IMG/VR virus record: IMGVR_UViG_3300033146_004974
Span: 21,851-85,850 of that record
Direction: 5' to 3' (one strand)
From: a virus
DNA: 64,000 nt
A model generated the notes under the pieces. It made no database searches. It was not told the origin of the DNA and worked only from the letters and a program-made list of their open reading frames with translations. The translations under genes were made by a program, and so were the position numbers. Below are positions 1 through 10,045 of this stretch, piece after piece (the first letter of the stretch is position 1; the number at the start of each line of letters is the position of its first letter).

Positions 1-335
1 CGTTGCTGAAAGAATTCCCAGAATTTTCTAAATCAGAAGAAATAAGTGCTGCGAAGCTTGTTGCAATGGCAAATGAGAAGAGGAAGACATCAAAGAAAAA
101 GATTTTCGAAAATCTTGCGGAGAATTTAGAGCTGCTTGAGGAGAATTATTCCATCATTCAGTTGAAGAATCCTTACACAACAGATCATATCGAATTTGAA
201 TTTAAAGATCTTCGTGAAAAGGAGGTAAGATTTGATAAGAATCGTTTCCTTTCGATGTTTGAAAATGATAAAATTAAGGAGATGTTTTATATAACCTTGA
301 TCAAAGCATGTGATAGAATTATCAAGGCTATATAG
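1..335 (+). CDS. C-terminal part of a gene truncated by the window edge; possibly a 5'-3' exonuclease/RNase H (flap endonuclease family)
   Basis: Open frame from the window start. NLELLEENYSIIQL resembles the C-terminal helix of phage 5'-3' exonucleases, and the context is replication genes. Weak. Confidence 0.3.
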   Translation, partial: LLKEFPEFSKSEEISAAKLVAMANEKRKTSKKKIFENLAENLELLEENYSIIQLKNPYTTDHIEFEFKDLREKEVRFDKNRFLSMFENDKIKEMFYITLIKACDRIIKAI

Positions 336-354
336 ATTTTACAAGGAGTGCAAG

Positions 355-543
355 ATGAGTGTAAAAGAACAAGATTTGGTGAAGATTATAAATAAAATTT
401 TGAAACGTGGTGAAAGAAGCATAGCTATCCCAGCGGATAAGCAAGATGTGATTGTTGAACATTTTGAGGGAAAAGGCTGGGAGGTTTCAAAAAACGGATT
501 GCTTTTGGAATTCAAAGGTAGACAAACTCTTCTTCTAGACTAA
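355..543 (+). CDS. hypothetical protein
   Basis: ORF with AAGGAG upstream of ATG 355. Confidence 0.6.
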   Translation: MSVKEQDLVKIINKILKRGERSIAIPADKQDVIVEHFEGKGWEVSKNGLLLEFKGRQTLLLD

Positions 544-552
544 AAGGTCACA

Positions 553-870
553 ATGAGTGAAAGGAAGAAACTTGAATTTCTTTTGAAGGCTGCTGCTGGT
601 GAAGAAACGCTAGGAAAAAGTGCAGCAACAATGTTGGCAGTTGCGATGGGGATTCACATTGTGTCTCATCATCCTTTGGATTCAGGAGATTTGGGAAGGT
701 GCATCAAAATTGTTCAAATGTTCCCAGAAATCGAAGATTCATTTGAGGCTCTGAAAAATCTTCCTCATTGGGAGTCGATTATCGAGAATTGGGGCAAATT
801 AGTAAAAGAAATGCGCTCCTTAAATGGAACGTATGCGTATTTGAATAATGGAGAACTGATTAGGACCTAA
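553..870 (+). CDS. conserved phage hypothetical protein
   Basis: PLDSGDLGRCIKIVQMFPE resembles a recurrent phage P-x-D-x-x-D-x-x-RC motif. Confidence 0.6.
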   Translation: MSERKKLEFLLKAAAGEETLGKSAATMLAVAMGIHIVSHHPLDSGDLGRCIKIVQMFPEIEDSFEALKNLPHWESIIENWGKLVKEMRSLNGTYAYLNNGELIRT

Positions 871-871
871 A

Positions 872-1048
872 ATGGCTAAAAAGAACAAGAAAGAAGATTT
901 GAAGAAACGTGATCCATTTGCTTATCAACTCATTTTTAGAACGGGGAAGGGCGGTCATAAGGACAAGAGGAAAAAGGGTTCAAAAAAGCAACAAGCTCAA
1001 AGAATGATTGATGATGCTTTGGAAGATGAGTGGGAAGATGACGAATAA
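872..1048 (+). CDS. small basic protein with acidic tail (58 aa, not in ORF track)
   Basis: Hand translation MAKKNKKEDLKKRDPFAYQLIFRTGKGGHKDKRKK...EDEWEDDE; fills the gap between its neighbours. Confidence 0.65.
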   Translation: MAKKNKKEDLKKRDPFAYQLIFRTGKGGHKDKRKKGSKKQQAQRMIDDALEDEWEDDE

Positions 1049-1544
1049 AGAACAACAAAGAGAGTTTATTTATCATATTGTAGCATTGGAGGGGCCAATT
1101 GCGAGAAGTGAACTTGTGAAGTTAGGTGAGAAGGCAGGATTAAAGGTCTCAGAAATAAACGCTTCTGTTAGGCACTTAACTGAAAACAATCATTTATTAT
1201 TTAATAGCGAAATGCGTTTAGAGTGCAAGAAAGAAATTGTTAAGCACAGTGCTGAATTTGAGTGTTATGATTCGGTAAAGGAAATTCTTGTCAAAAGCTC
1301 TTTTCTTTACGAGGAGGTTGATGATAAAATTTTTGTCACTCTTGATTCATCAAGATTCAAACATGATGAACTGGAAAGAACAATTTTCAAAAAACTAAGA
1401 GAAGTTATGCCTCATCGTTTTAAGAAAAATAAGGGAAAGTATTACAGATTGTCGCGTTCCATTCCTGCATCTTCTGGCACAAGAAGATATGAACTCTATT
1501 CAGAGGATATTTCTGCAATTATTCCGAAAAAGTTTGCTGTTTGA
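1038..1544 (+). CDS. hypothetical protein, possible N-terminal winged helix
   Basis: GPIARSELVKLG...INASVRHLTENNHL has a wHTH-like pattern. Confidence 0.5.
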   Translation: MTNKEQQREFIYHIVALEGPIARSELVKLGEKAGLKVSEINASVRHLTENNHLLFNSEMRLECKKEIVKHSAEFECYDSVKEILVKSSFLYEEVDDKIFVTLDSSRFKHDELERTIFKKLREVMPHRFKKNKGKYYRLSRSIPASSGTRRYELYSEDISAIIPKKFAV

Positions 1545-1596
1545 AACTCGAAAGATTAGCGTGAGGCTTGACAAACACGACTAAACAGGGTATGCT
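1543..1596 (+). promoter_or_regulatory. sigma70-type promoter with upstream GAAAC box
   Basis: TTGACA 1568-1573, 17-nt spacer, TATGCT 1591-1596; GAAAC begins 25 nt before TTGAC. Confidence 0.7.
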
Positions 1597-1617
1597 GAAG
1601 GCACATTGGAGGGGATT

Positions 1618-2004
1618 ATGAGTGAGAAGACACAAATCGAACACCCTGATTATTATAATCAGGGCAACATTGAAGTCATTGACGCCATCAATGATTGGAA
1701 ATTGAATTTTAATCTTGGGAACACCGTCAAATACATTGTCAGGAAAGATTTTAAAGGCAATGACCCAATTGATGAATTGGAAAAAGCACTTTTTTATTTG
1801 AAGTACGAAATTAAAATGCTTGAGCAAATGCGTGATGGTCTTGGTAAAATTATCAAAGTTGATAAGGGAGTTGGCGATGAAAAAGTTGTTGCTCTTTTGA
1901 AGAAGAGTATTGAAGAAGGTAATTTGACTCCACAAGAGGTTAACGATTTTTTTGAAATGAACGAAAGTCTGCCGGAACTTCCTGAAGAAGTGGAGGAAAT
2001 TTGA
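1618..2004 (+). CDS. DUF3310 / T7 gp1.7-like nucleotide kinase family protein
   Basis: IEHPDYYNQGNIEVIDAI...FNLGNTVKYIVR...ELEKALFYL signature. Confidence 0.8.
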   Translation: MSEKTQIEHPDYYNQGNIEVIDAINDWKLNFNLGNTVKYIVRKDFKGNDPIDELEKALFYLKYEIKMLEQMRDGLGKIIKVDKGVGDEKVVALLKKSIEEGNLTPQEVNDFFEMNESLPELPEEVEEI

Positions 2005-2101
2005 TGCAATATCTGCTAGACATTACTCATATCTTTTTCAGCAAAAGGACAAGAAAATGGGTTCAATATGATCTAGCATATTGGAGGGCAATCGGGAAAA
2101 G

Positions 2102-2473
2102 ATGAGTGTCTACGATTTAGAACATGCTTTAAGAATCTTGCATGAAGGAGGTGACACATATTATAATCCAAAAAGGATTTTCAGAAGGGATTTAAATATT
2201 ATTTTAAAGCCTAGAGTGAAAATCGATTCTATCCAACTTCAGAAGTACAAAGTTGATGATATCATTTTATGTGAAGTTGGTGGAGTTACAAGAATAGCCA
2301 AATGTTTACAATACAGTTGGCTTGAAAAGAAAACAATTTTTTCTACAACCATATATGCGATTTTGGCCGGGAATGATAAGGTTATATACGGATGGACTAA
2401 CCGCATATATGGTTTGCTAAACGAACGATACTATTCAAAAATAGAGAGGAATGATGAGAGAAGTAGGAATTGA
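2102..2473 (+). CDS. hypothetical protein
   Basis: ORF track; ATG at 2102. Confidence 0.55.
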   Translation: MSVYDLEHALRILHEGGDTYYNPKRIFRRDLNIILKPRVKIDSIQLQKYKVDDIILCEVGGVTRIAKCLQYSWLEKKTIFSTTIYAILAGNDKVIYGWTNRIYGLLNERYYSKIERNDERSRN

Positions 2474-2708
2474 TACAATCATTGAAGAAGGGGTGGCACG
2501 TTTTTCTGGCTACAACAAAGGCTTTTGGCATTTTGTAGTCGAGTGGCGAGGGAGCTTTTATGCTTTCCGAATCCATGGGAAAGATTTGAGCGAAGCAAAG
2601 TTCAACCACAAAATGCCAGCGAAGTTCTATGAAAAATTCATCAGAAGTGAGTGGATTAACAAACTCATGTCTGATAGGAAACTGAAGACTGTCCAATTTG
2701 ACATTTAA
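2451..2708 (+). CDS. hypothetical protein
   Basis: ORF track; GAGG upstream. Confidence 0.55.
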   Translation: MMREVGIDTIIEEGVARFSGYNKGFWHFVVEWRGSFYAFRIHGKDLSEAKFNHKMPAKFYEKFIRSEWINKLMSDRKLKTVQFDI

Positions 2709-2729
2709 TTCCCTCCACAAGAATCATCC

Positions 2730-2757
2730 AAGGCAGAGTCATTCTGCCTTTTTTTTT
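2730..2757 (+). terminator. intrinsic terminator
   Basis: AAGGCAGA-GTCAT-TCTGCCTT followed by a T run. Confidence 0.8.
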
Positions 2758-2767
2758 GAGGATTTAC

Positions 2768-3715
2768 ATGCGCGAATTTAAAAAGCCAGATGTTGTCATG
2801 GCACTAACCCTAAACATCAACAATCCTTGGAGTAGGATTGTTATCAAATCGGCTGTTGTTAACGATAGTCCACTTTATTCAGTTAGAAAATCTCAGCTTG
2901 ATTACGAATTTGGTGAGAAGTTTTTAGCGGCGGAAACTGAAGAGGAAAAAGAAGAGATTCGCCAAGAGGCCATCGAGAAGATTCATTGCTTACTCAACCA
3001 CAAAGGCGAAAATCGAAGGAAGTATGTCATTGCCAGAACTGCACTCATTTTTTATGATGAAGCAACGACAAGTAGGTTTTTAGATTGGTTTGAGGAATGG
3101 GAAAAAGAATTCGGAAGGGAGACGGCACTTGTTGCAAAATCTCCTTATTTCAAATTTGAGAAGTACCGCGTCAATGTTTCTATTATGTTGACAACAGAAG
3201 AGTACAAACAATTTATTGAAGATTTCCCTTGGCAAGCATATGTGAGAGTTTACAAGGAATGGTTGCCGAGTGAAGGGCCTGAAATAGAATGGGATGGGGA
3301 TTATATGGATGAAAGGTACATGCTTTGGGATTCATCAAAACCAGAGTTTGAACCGGAAAAAGTTGTCCCAATGGTAGAGGAGAAATACGAATGGTACGAG
3401 AAACCTGATTTAGCGCTCCCTGATGGATATGATCCAAGAGGGTTGAAGTTTTCAAAGCAGGTGACGAATCTTGAAGCAACTTATTACAATGCTGTTAAGC
3501 AAGAGAAGAAAGAGGATCTCCTTGAACTCTTGAAGACTTCTTTAAAGCGAAAGAAGGCGGCTAATGAGATTAACGAACTTATTTCAAAAAATTACGACAA
3601 CTACCTCTCATCTGATGGTGATTTGCTATCTGATTTAAACAAACTTGAACCAAAACCTTCCAAGAAAACTGTTGAGAAAGTTATAGAACTTTTTAAGGAA
3701 TTCAATGAAAGCTGA
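2768..3715 (+). CDS. hypothetical protein
   Basis: Long ORF overlapping the helicase start. Confidence 0.7.
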   Translation: MREFKKPDVVMALTLNINNPWSRIVIKSAVVNDSPLYSVRKSQLDYEFGEKFLAAETEEEKEEIRQEAIEKIHCLLNHKGENRRKYVIARTALIFYDEATTSRFLDWFEEWEKEFGRETALVAKSPYFKFEKYRVNVSIMLTTEEYKQFIEDFPWQAYVRVYKEWLPSEGPEIEWDGDYMDERYMLWDSSKPEFEPEKVVPMVEEKYEWYEKPDLALPDGYDPRGLKFSKQVTNLEATYYNAVKQEKKEDLLELLKTSLKRKKAANEINELISKNYDNYLSSDGDLLSDLNKLEPKPSKKTVEKVIELFKEFNES

Positions 3716-5054
3716 TTTTGACAGAATTTTCCAAGAGAAATTGGTCCAGATAGTTTTTTTTGACCACAAATTTGCAACTCAAATCGAAGAATTGATTAAA
3801 TTTGATTATTTTGATTTGGAGCATCTTAGTGGATTCATGAGGATTTTTTATTCTTATAAAAAAGAATATGGGATCTTTCCTCAAAGTATTCTGTTTGGTT
3901 CAATTTTGAAGCTTGAAATGCCGAAGAAGACAAATGACGACATTATTGTCCGGGATAAGGCATTGGCATTTCTGGAGACGATTAAAGACAACAAACCAAT
4001 CGAGGAAGAAAAATATATTAAAGATAAATTTCTGGATTTCGTTAAAAATAAGGCGTTGATCGAAACATTCCAAGAGTGCATCCCATTGATTGAGCGAAAC
4101 GAAGTTGAGACAATTCGCGATAAAATTGGCGAAGTACTCAAAATGGGGATTGATCAAAATTTTGGCCACGATTATTTCAACGATTTTGAAGACAGGTATA
4201 GAGCAAATTCAAGGGAGGTTATTTCTACTGGTTGGAAAGAAATTGACGCAATAACAAAGGGTGGGCTTGCGAAGAAGGAATTGAGCGTCATCATTGGTTC
4301 AACGGGGAGTGGGAAATCTTTTTTGTTGACTCATCTTGTAGCAGAAGCAGTCAAACAAGGTTTGAATGCAATTTACTATTCTTTTGAACTTTCAGAAGGT
4401 GTAATTGGGCAAAGAATTGATGGAAAATTGAGTGGTATTGCCCTAGATTTGCTGGAGTATAAAAAAGATGTTGTCGAATCGAAGATTAACAACATTTTCA
4501 GTAAAACTGGAGCAATTCTTGTCATAAAAGATTATCCACAATTTTCTGTGACTGTTCAAACGCTTAAAAATCATATTCATCGCCTTAAATCTGTTAAGAA
4601 TTTCTACCCAGATTTGGTTGCGGTTGATTATGGAGATCTTTTAAAGGGCAGAGATGATTCTTTTGAGGCTACAAGGCACAATTTGAAGCGCAATTTTGAT
4701 ATGCTTCGGAATATGGCTGCTGAATTGAATATTGCTGTTGTAACAGCAACGCAAACGAATAGAAAAGGGTTGACACAAAAAGTTGTAACACTTGAGGATA
4801 TTAGCGAAAGTTATGGCAAAACACAGAATGCTGATTTGATTGTGACAATTTCCAGAACTCTTGAAGATAAAGAAGAGAATACTGGAAGGATGTTAGTGGC
4901 AAAGAATCGCAACGGGCCAGATGGAATTGTTTTTCCAATGGAGATTGACTATGGACATTCGGTAATAAATGTGTTAGAAAGACAGACGGGAGCAGTTTCA
5001 AAGCGGATTGATATGGACAAGATCCAGGATGCAATTCGTGGAAGAAAAAAATGA
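3705..5054 (+). CDS. dnaB: replicative DNA helicase (DnaB / T4 gp41-like, SF4)
   Basis: Walker A GSTGSGKS, VAVDYGDLL, VVTATQTNR, AKNRNGPDG. Confidence 0.92.
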   Translation: MKADFDRIFQEKLVQIVFFDHKFATQIEELIKFDYFDLEHLSGFMRIFYSYKKEYGIFPQSILFGSILKLEMPKKTNDDIIVRDKALAFLETIKDNKPIEEEKYIKDKFLDFVKNKALIETFQECIPLIERNEVETIRDKIGEVLKMGIDQNFGHDYFNDFEDRYRANSREVISTGWKEIDAITKGGLAKKELSVIIGSTGSGKSFLLTHLVAEAVKQGLNAIYYSFELSEGVIGQRIDGKLSGIALDLLEYKKDVVESKINNIFSKTGAILVIKDYPQFSVTVQTLKNHIHRLKSVKNFYPDLVAVDYGDLLKGRDDSFEATRHNLKRNFDMLRNMAAELNIAVVTATQTNRKGLTQKVVTLEDISESYGKTQNADLIVTISRTLEDKEENTGRMLVAKNRNGPDGIVFPMEIDYGHSVINVLERQTGAVSKRIDMDKIQDAIRGRKK

Positions 5055-5067
5055 GATTGCTCTCTGG

Positions 5068-5140
5068 GGGACTCTAGCTTAATGGTTAAAGCACCTGACT
5101 CATAATCAGTAGATTCTGAGTTCGAATCTCAGGAGTCCCA
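5068..5140 (+). tRNA. tRNA with CAT anticodon (elongator Met or Ile2), no encoded CCA
   Basis: Acceptor stem GGGACTC/GAGTCCC, D arm GCTT/AAGC, anticodon loop CTCATAA, T arm CTGAG-TTCGAAT-CTCAG; discriminator A is followed by TGG. Confidence 0.9.
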
Positions 5141-5150
5141 TGGAGGAAAA

Positions 5151-5579
5151 ATGAAAAATTTTAACAAAGAGTTTTTTGCATGTCAGGAATGCAATTTGAA
5201 AGAGGTTTTTGATTATTCTAAAATGAATGAAAAACCTTATTTTACAAGAAATGGAGAAATGTTTTGTTACAAACACTTGATTCATAGAATTGAAAAAGAT
5301 AATTTTCAACAATTTGTTGAAAAGGTCATTAGAACAGAATTTTTAACAACAGAAATAATGAGTCAGACAATTTACTTTGTCGAAGAGAAATTACGCATCA
5401 TCAAAGAAGAAATTGCTGACTTTCTGCAATCATCTCTCATTTTTCAGCAGAAAATGCAAAAATTTCGCGAACTCGAATTTAACACGCACGCTTGGTTGAG
5501 CCGTGAACAATTATCTTTTTATCGTGAAAGGCATTGTGCTTATTTTGAAGCAATATTAACTGCTTATAAAATTTGTTAA
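5151..5579 (+). CDS. hypothetical protein (CxxC...CxxH)
   Basis: GGAGG RBS; ORF track. Confidence 0.6.
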   Translation: MKNFNKEFFACQECNLKEVFDYSKMNEKPYFTRNGEMFCYKHLIHRIEKDNFQQFVEKVIRTEFLTTEIMSQTIYFVEEKLRIIKEEIADFLQSSLIFQQKMQKFRELEFNTHAWLSREQLSFYRERHCAYFEAILTAYKIC

Positions 5580-5674
5580 AAAACTTGTTTTTCGCAGATT
5601 GAAATGCCTCAACTGTTTTAAAAACGAAACGGTATTTAAAAAACCTAATGTGATTGTAAGGGAGTTCGAGATAA

Positions 5675-8086
5675 ATGAGAAAATTTTTGAGAAAAGAGGT
5701 TGAAAAAGCGTGTTTGGAATATTTTTTAGGTGATTCATTAGCAGCGAACGTTTCATACACAAAATATCTCCTAAAAGATAAGGAGGGTTTCTTCTTAGAA
5801 AAGACTCCAGACGAAATGCATTGGAGGATGGCAAAAGAATTTGCCAGAATTGAATGCAATTATTCTCAAGAGAATTTTAAAGAAGTAGCCAAACGTTTTT
5901 ATAATCTTTTTAAACATTTCAAATATATTGTGCCACAAGGTTCTGTAATGTATGGCTTAGGAAATCCTAAAGCCATTTCGTTATCGAATTGTACAGTTTT
6001 ACCATCTCCATCTGATTCTATTAGCGGAATTTTCAAAACAACTGGAGATATGGCCAACCTCTTCAAAAGGCGTTGTGGGGTTGGTCTTGATATTTCTTCG
6101 TTGCGTTGGGATGGAGCATATGTTGATAACTCCGCAAATTCCTCAACTGGTGCATGGAGTTTTGCCGATCTTTTTTCGTATGTGACCAAAAAGATTGGTC
6201 AGAATAATAGAAGGGGAGCGCTTCTGATTTCACTGGATGTTAGACATCCAGATGTTGTCAAATTTGCCACTTCTAAGTACGATGAAACAAAAGTCACTGG
6301 AGCGAATATTTCGTTAAAATTGGTTGATGAATTTTATCAAGCAGTCGAAAATGGCGAAAAATTCACACTCCAATGGCCAGTTGATTCCGCGAATCCTTCT
6401 TTTGTGCAAGAGGTTGATGCAAGAGAATTATTTGAAACGATTGTCGAAGCAGCGACAAAAACAGCGGCACCTGGGATCTTTAATTTTGATCGAATGTTGC
6501 GATACACTCCGACATATGCTTACGAAGCATTAAGGACTATAACAACAAATCCTTGTGGCGAAGTCCCTCTTGGGGCGAATGATTCGTGCAGATTGATTTC
6601 ACACAATTTGCTAAGTTATGTTATCGATCCATTTACGAAAGATGCTCGATTTGATTTTGAATTGTTTGATAAGCATTGCAGATTTAAGACAAGGCTTGGA
6701 GACAATCTCGTTGAATTGGAATTAGAAAAGATTCTTCAAATTTTGGAAAAACTGGATGATGAAGATGAAATCGACTTATGGAATAAGTTCTATAAAATCG
6801 GGAAGTTAGGAAGACGTTTAGGACTTGGCACTCATGGTTTGGCTGATGCTTTAGCGGCATTGAGAATCAGATACGATTCTGACGAAGCATTAGAAATGGT
6901 TGACGAGATTTATCGTAAACAGATGATTTCTTGTTATGACGAAAGCGTTAATCTCGCAATAGAACGTGGTTCATTTGAACTTTTCAATTGGGAATTAGAA
7001 AAGGACAATGAATTTATCAAACAACTCCCAGAATGGTTGCAAAAAAGAATTGCTAAGCATGGACGAAGGAATGTCGCATTGTTAACAAATGCGCCAACTG
7101 GTTCTGTTGCGATTGAATCACAGGTTACAAGCGGTCTGGAACCAGTTTTTCGATTTGTTCATGATAGACGACGAAAGCTGACAGAAAGTGAAAACATCAA
7201 ACCTGATTTTGTTGACAAAACTGGCGATAGATTTATCAAATTCAAAGTTTTCCATCACAATGTTGAAAGATGGCGGAAGGTAACAAACGGAGATGTCAAT
7301 AACTTGCCTGATTACTTTGTTTCATCAGACAAAATCAGTTGGCAAAAACGTGTTGAGCTTCAGGGAGTCATTCAAAAGAGTGTTGATAATTCAATAAGTT
7401 CGACCATCAATCTTCCAAAAGGGACTTCTGTCGAAATTGTCAAAGAAATTTACATGGAAGCCTGGCGCAAAGGGTTAAAAGGTGTTACAGTCTATATTGA
7501 TGGCACCAAAGATGGAATTTTATTGTCGGAAGAGTCAGAAAAAGAAGAATTTATTCAAAAAGATGCCTTAAAAAGACCTGAGAAACTGGAATGTGATATC
7601 CACCGTATGACAATTAAGGGGCAAAAATATATAATTTTTGTTGGATTGTACAATAAAAAACCTTATGAAGTCATGGGTGGTTCTTCTGAACACATTGAGG
7701 TTCCAAACAATTTGATGAAGGGATTTTTGTATAAAAAACAATTTAAAACAGTAAACAGTAAGTATCGTTTTGAATCTGGGGATTTTGAGATAAAGGAAAT
7801 TACCAAAGTTTTTGATAATCCGAATAACGAAGTTGTAACGCGACTTGTTTCTTTCGGTTTAAGACATGGTGCAAAACCTTCTGATATTGTTAGCCAGCTT
7901 CAAAAGGACCCGGATTCAGATTTCTTTTCGTTCTCAAAATCTTTAGCTAGAGCTTTGAAGAAGTATATCAAAGATGGAGAAAAAGTCAGCACAAGATATT
8001 GTAAAGAGTGTGGTGAAGAAAATTCATTAGAGTATCAAGAGGGATGTGTAACCTGCATGAATTGTGGGTGGTCAAAATGTGGTTGA
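5675..8086 (+). CDS. nrdJ: class II (adenosylcobalamin-dependent) ribonucleotide reductase
   Basis: SLSNC, TNPCGEVPL, APTGS, C-terminal CKECG...CVTCMNCGWSKCG; no adjacent beta subunit. Confidence 0.92.
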   Translation: MRKFLRKEVEKACLEYFLGDSLAANVSYTKYLLKDKEGFFLEKTPDEMHWRMAKEFARIECNYSQENFKEVAKRFYNLFKHFKYIVPQGSVMYGLGNPKAISLSNCTVLPSPSDSISGIFKTTGDMANLFKRRCGVGLDISSLRWDGAYVDNSANSSTGAWSFADLFSYVTKKIGQNNRRGALLISLDVRHPDVVKFATSKYDETKVTGANISLKLVDEFYQAVENGEKFTLQWPVDSANPSFVQEVDARELFETIVEAATKTAAPGIFNFDRMLRYTPTYAYEALRTITTNPCGEVPLGANDSCRLISHNLLSYVIDPFTKDARFDFELFDKHCRFKTRLGDNLVELELEKILQILEKLDDEDEIDLWNKFYKIGKLGRRLGLGTHGLADALAALRIRYDSDEALEMVDEIYRKQMISCYDESVNLAIERGSFELFNWELEKDNEFIKQLPEWLQKRIAKHGRRNVALLTNAPTGSVAIESQVTSGLEPVFRFVHDRRRKLTESENIKPDFVDKTGDRFIKFKVFHHNVERWRKVTNGDVNNLPDYFVSSDKISWQKRVELQGVIQKSVDNSISSTINLPKGTSVEIVKEIYMEAWRKGLKGVTVYIDGTKDGILLSEESEKEEFIQKDALKRPEKLECDIHRMTIKGQKYIIFVGLYNKKPYEVMGGSSEHIEVPNNLMKGFLYKKQFKTVNSKYRFESGDFEIKEITKVFDNPNNEVVTRLVSFGLRHGAKPSDIVSQLQKDPDSDFFSFSKSLARALKKYIKDGEKVSTRYCKECGEENSLEYQEGCVTCMNCGWSKCG

Positions 8087-8099
8087 AAAAGGGGATTTT

Positions 8100-8834
8100 A
8101 TGAAGCTGTATGAAGATGATATTGGCGAAGTTGAATTTGTGGATTGCATGGGTGATGATTTAGCGATTGTCAATGCCGCAAGAATCAGCTTTTCCAATGA
8201 AAAAAAGTTGCTTGATCTTTCTGATAGGAAATTGTTGAGATATATGTTGAAGAATGGTCATTGGTCTCCATTTGATCAAGCGTATGTCAAGTTTAAGATC
8301 AAAGTCCCGCTTTTTGTGCGAAGTCAGCATCATCGTCATTGTTCACAAAAATTTAATGAAATTTCGAGACGATATGTCGCAGTGGATATGGAGATGTATA
8401 ATAATCCAGAAGGACTGCGAAGGCAGCACAAAGTGAATAAACAAGGTTCTTATGATGAATTTTTCAATCCACAGTTGACGAATGATTCTGAATTATATTT
8501 TGAGAATGGTTGTTTTTCATCATATCCAGATGAATCAGTTAATCTTGTTCAGTATCTTGAACAGTATCATCAGCTCACGTTGCATATTTATAATACTCTT
8601 GTTTCATGGGGGTTTGCAAAGGAGCAAGTGCGCGGATATTTGCCTCAAAATTTATACACAACTTATATTGCGACAGGTTCGGTGCGCAGCTTTATTCATT
8701 ATCTTCAACAGCGATTGGATACTCATGCACAATGGGAGCACCGGAAGGTTGCAGAAGTTATTGAAAGACATCTGAGAGAACATTTCCCAATAACTTTTAA
8801 AATTCTTGATGAACTGGCATTAGAGGAGGGTTAA
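8100..8834 (+). CDS. thyX: flavin-dependent thymidylate synthase
   Basis: IVNAARIS, GHWSPF, RSQHHRH...NEISRRY, AKEQVR, HAQWEHR. Confidence 0.92.
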   Translation: MKLYEDDIGEVEFVDCMGDDLAIVNAARISFSNEKKLLDLSDRKLLRYMLKNGHWSPFDQAYVKFKIKVPLFVRSQHHRHCSQKFNEISRRYVAVDMEMYNNPEGLRRQHKVNKQGSYDEFFNPQLTNDSELYFENGCFSSYPDESVNLVQYLEQYHQLTLHIYNTLVSWGFAKEQVRGYLPQNLYTTYIATGSVRSFIHYLQQRLDTHAQWEHRKVAEVIERHLREHFPITFKILDELALEEG

Positions 8835-8837
8835 GAA

Positions 8838-9137
8838 ATGCTTATGACATTCAACGATTATGTTCTTGTAGAAAAGTTTGATGCCAAGAAGGCATATGTT
8901 GATAAGAAGATTGCGGAAACATCTTTCGATTTTGGCGAACAAAATTTGACCATTGATGAAAAATTTTGTTGGGTGACAGTCACAACGAAATATGAAAATG
9001 ATAAGGTTACTCTGCATAAAAATCAGAAATTACTTGTTTTTTCGCATCTTATCGAAAAGGTTGAGTACATTGATTTTGATGGTGTCGAAAAAGAATTGAC
9101 AATAATTCCATTATCTTCTATTGTGATATCAAAGTGA
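8838..9137 (+). CDS. GroES/Cpn10-like co-chaperonin (divergent)
   Basis: 99 aa; FNDYVLVE start and DGVEKELTIIPLSSIV end match the Cpn10 pattern. Confidence 0.5.
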   Translation: MLMTFNDYVLVEKFDAKKAYVDKKIAETSFDFGEQNLTIDEKFCWVTVTTKYENDKVTLHKNQKLLVFSHLIEKVEYIDFDGVEKELTIIPLSSIVISK

Positions 9138-10045
9138 GAAATATCGTTGTTGGGAATTCAGTAGAATCAGTCATATTCGCGTGGAAAAATGATTTTATTA
9201 TGATTCATTATGATGGCCCAACAACCTTGTATGATTACTTTGAACCAGATTTGAATTTGGCCCAATATTTTTTCCCAAAGTTAATTCTCAAAGATCGCCA
9301 AATTCAAATGATAGAAGGTTTGAAAAAGGTTGGCCCAACGATCCACAATCTCAAGGCAATGCTCTTGTTCGATCTTGGACTGCAAGGCTTGCTTCCTTTT
9401 TCCGATAGAGTTACAAATATCACAATTCTTGAGGAAGAAAACAAATTAAAGGTTTCTCTTGATGATGTTACAACAGAAACGATTGAATATGATGGATTGA
9501 TCCTGTTTGAAACTCATATTGTTGAAAATTCTGAAGCAAACTTTGTTGATGGAATTGAGGGGGAATATGTAGTCATTGATTGGTTCATAATTAGGAGACT
9601 CCTAAAAAGAAATTTGGAATATTATGAACGGGATAATAAATTTGTGAACAATTTTCATATAACATCTGCGATATCAAGCAATAGAAAATTGTTGGTCTCC
9701 AAATCTTATTTGACTCTTGAAGAATTGGAGAAAGAGTTTGACTCGAATGCTGTTCTTCATGAGATTGATAAAATCTTGATTGATAATGATTTTCAAAATG
9801 CAGTGAGACATCAGCAAAAAGCTAATAAATCTGATTTTCTACTAGAGCCGATTAGGAGAATCAAATTTAAAAACTGGTTTTTTTATGATGAAGATAATGG
9901 AAATATCGAATATAGAAATGATACTTTAGAAATGTTGTTAGAAAATATTAAACCGAAAGAAAGGAAATTGCCGTGGATTTTTCCAAAATTTCCAAAGAGC
10001 GCTATAGCCATTTCTCGTTTGTGGCAGGAATTATTCCACTTCTAA
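9134..10045 (+). CDS. hypothetical protein with degenerate Rossmann-like N-terminus
   Basis: NIVVGNSVESVIFA resembles a dinucleotide-binding beta-alpha start lacking a full GxGxxG. Confidence 0.5.
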   Translation: MRNIVVGNSVESVIFAWKNDFIMIHYDGPTTLYDYFEPDLNLAQYFFPKLILKDRQIQMIEGLKKVGPTIHNLKAMLLFDLGLQGLLPFSDRVTNITILEEENKLKVSLDDVTTETIEYDGLILFETHIVENSEANFVDGIEGEYVVIDWFIIRRLLKRNLEYYERDNKFVNNFHITSAISSNRKLLVSKSYLTLEELEKEFDSNAVLHEIDKILIDNDFQNAVRHQQKANKSDFLLEPIRRIKFKNWFFYDEDNGNIEYRNDTLEMLLENIKPKERKLPWIFPKFPKSAIAISRLWQELFHF

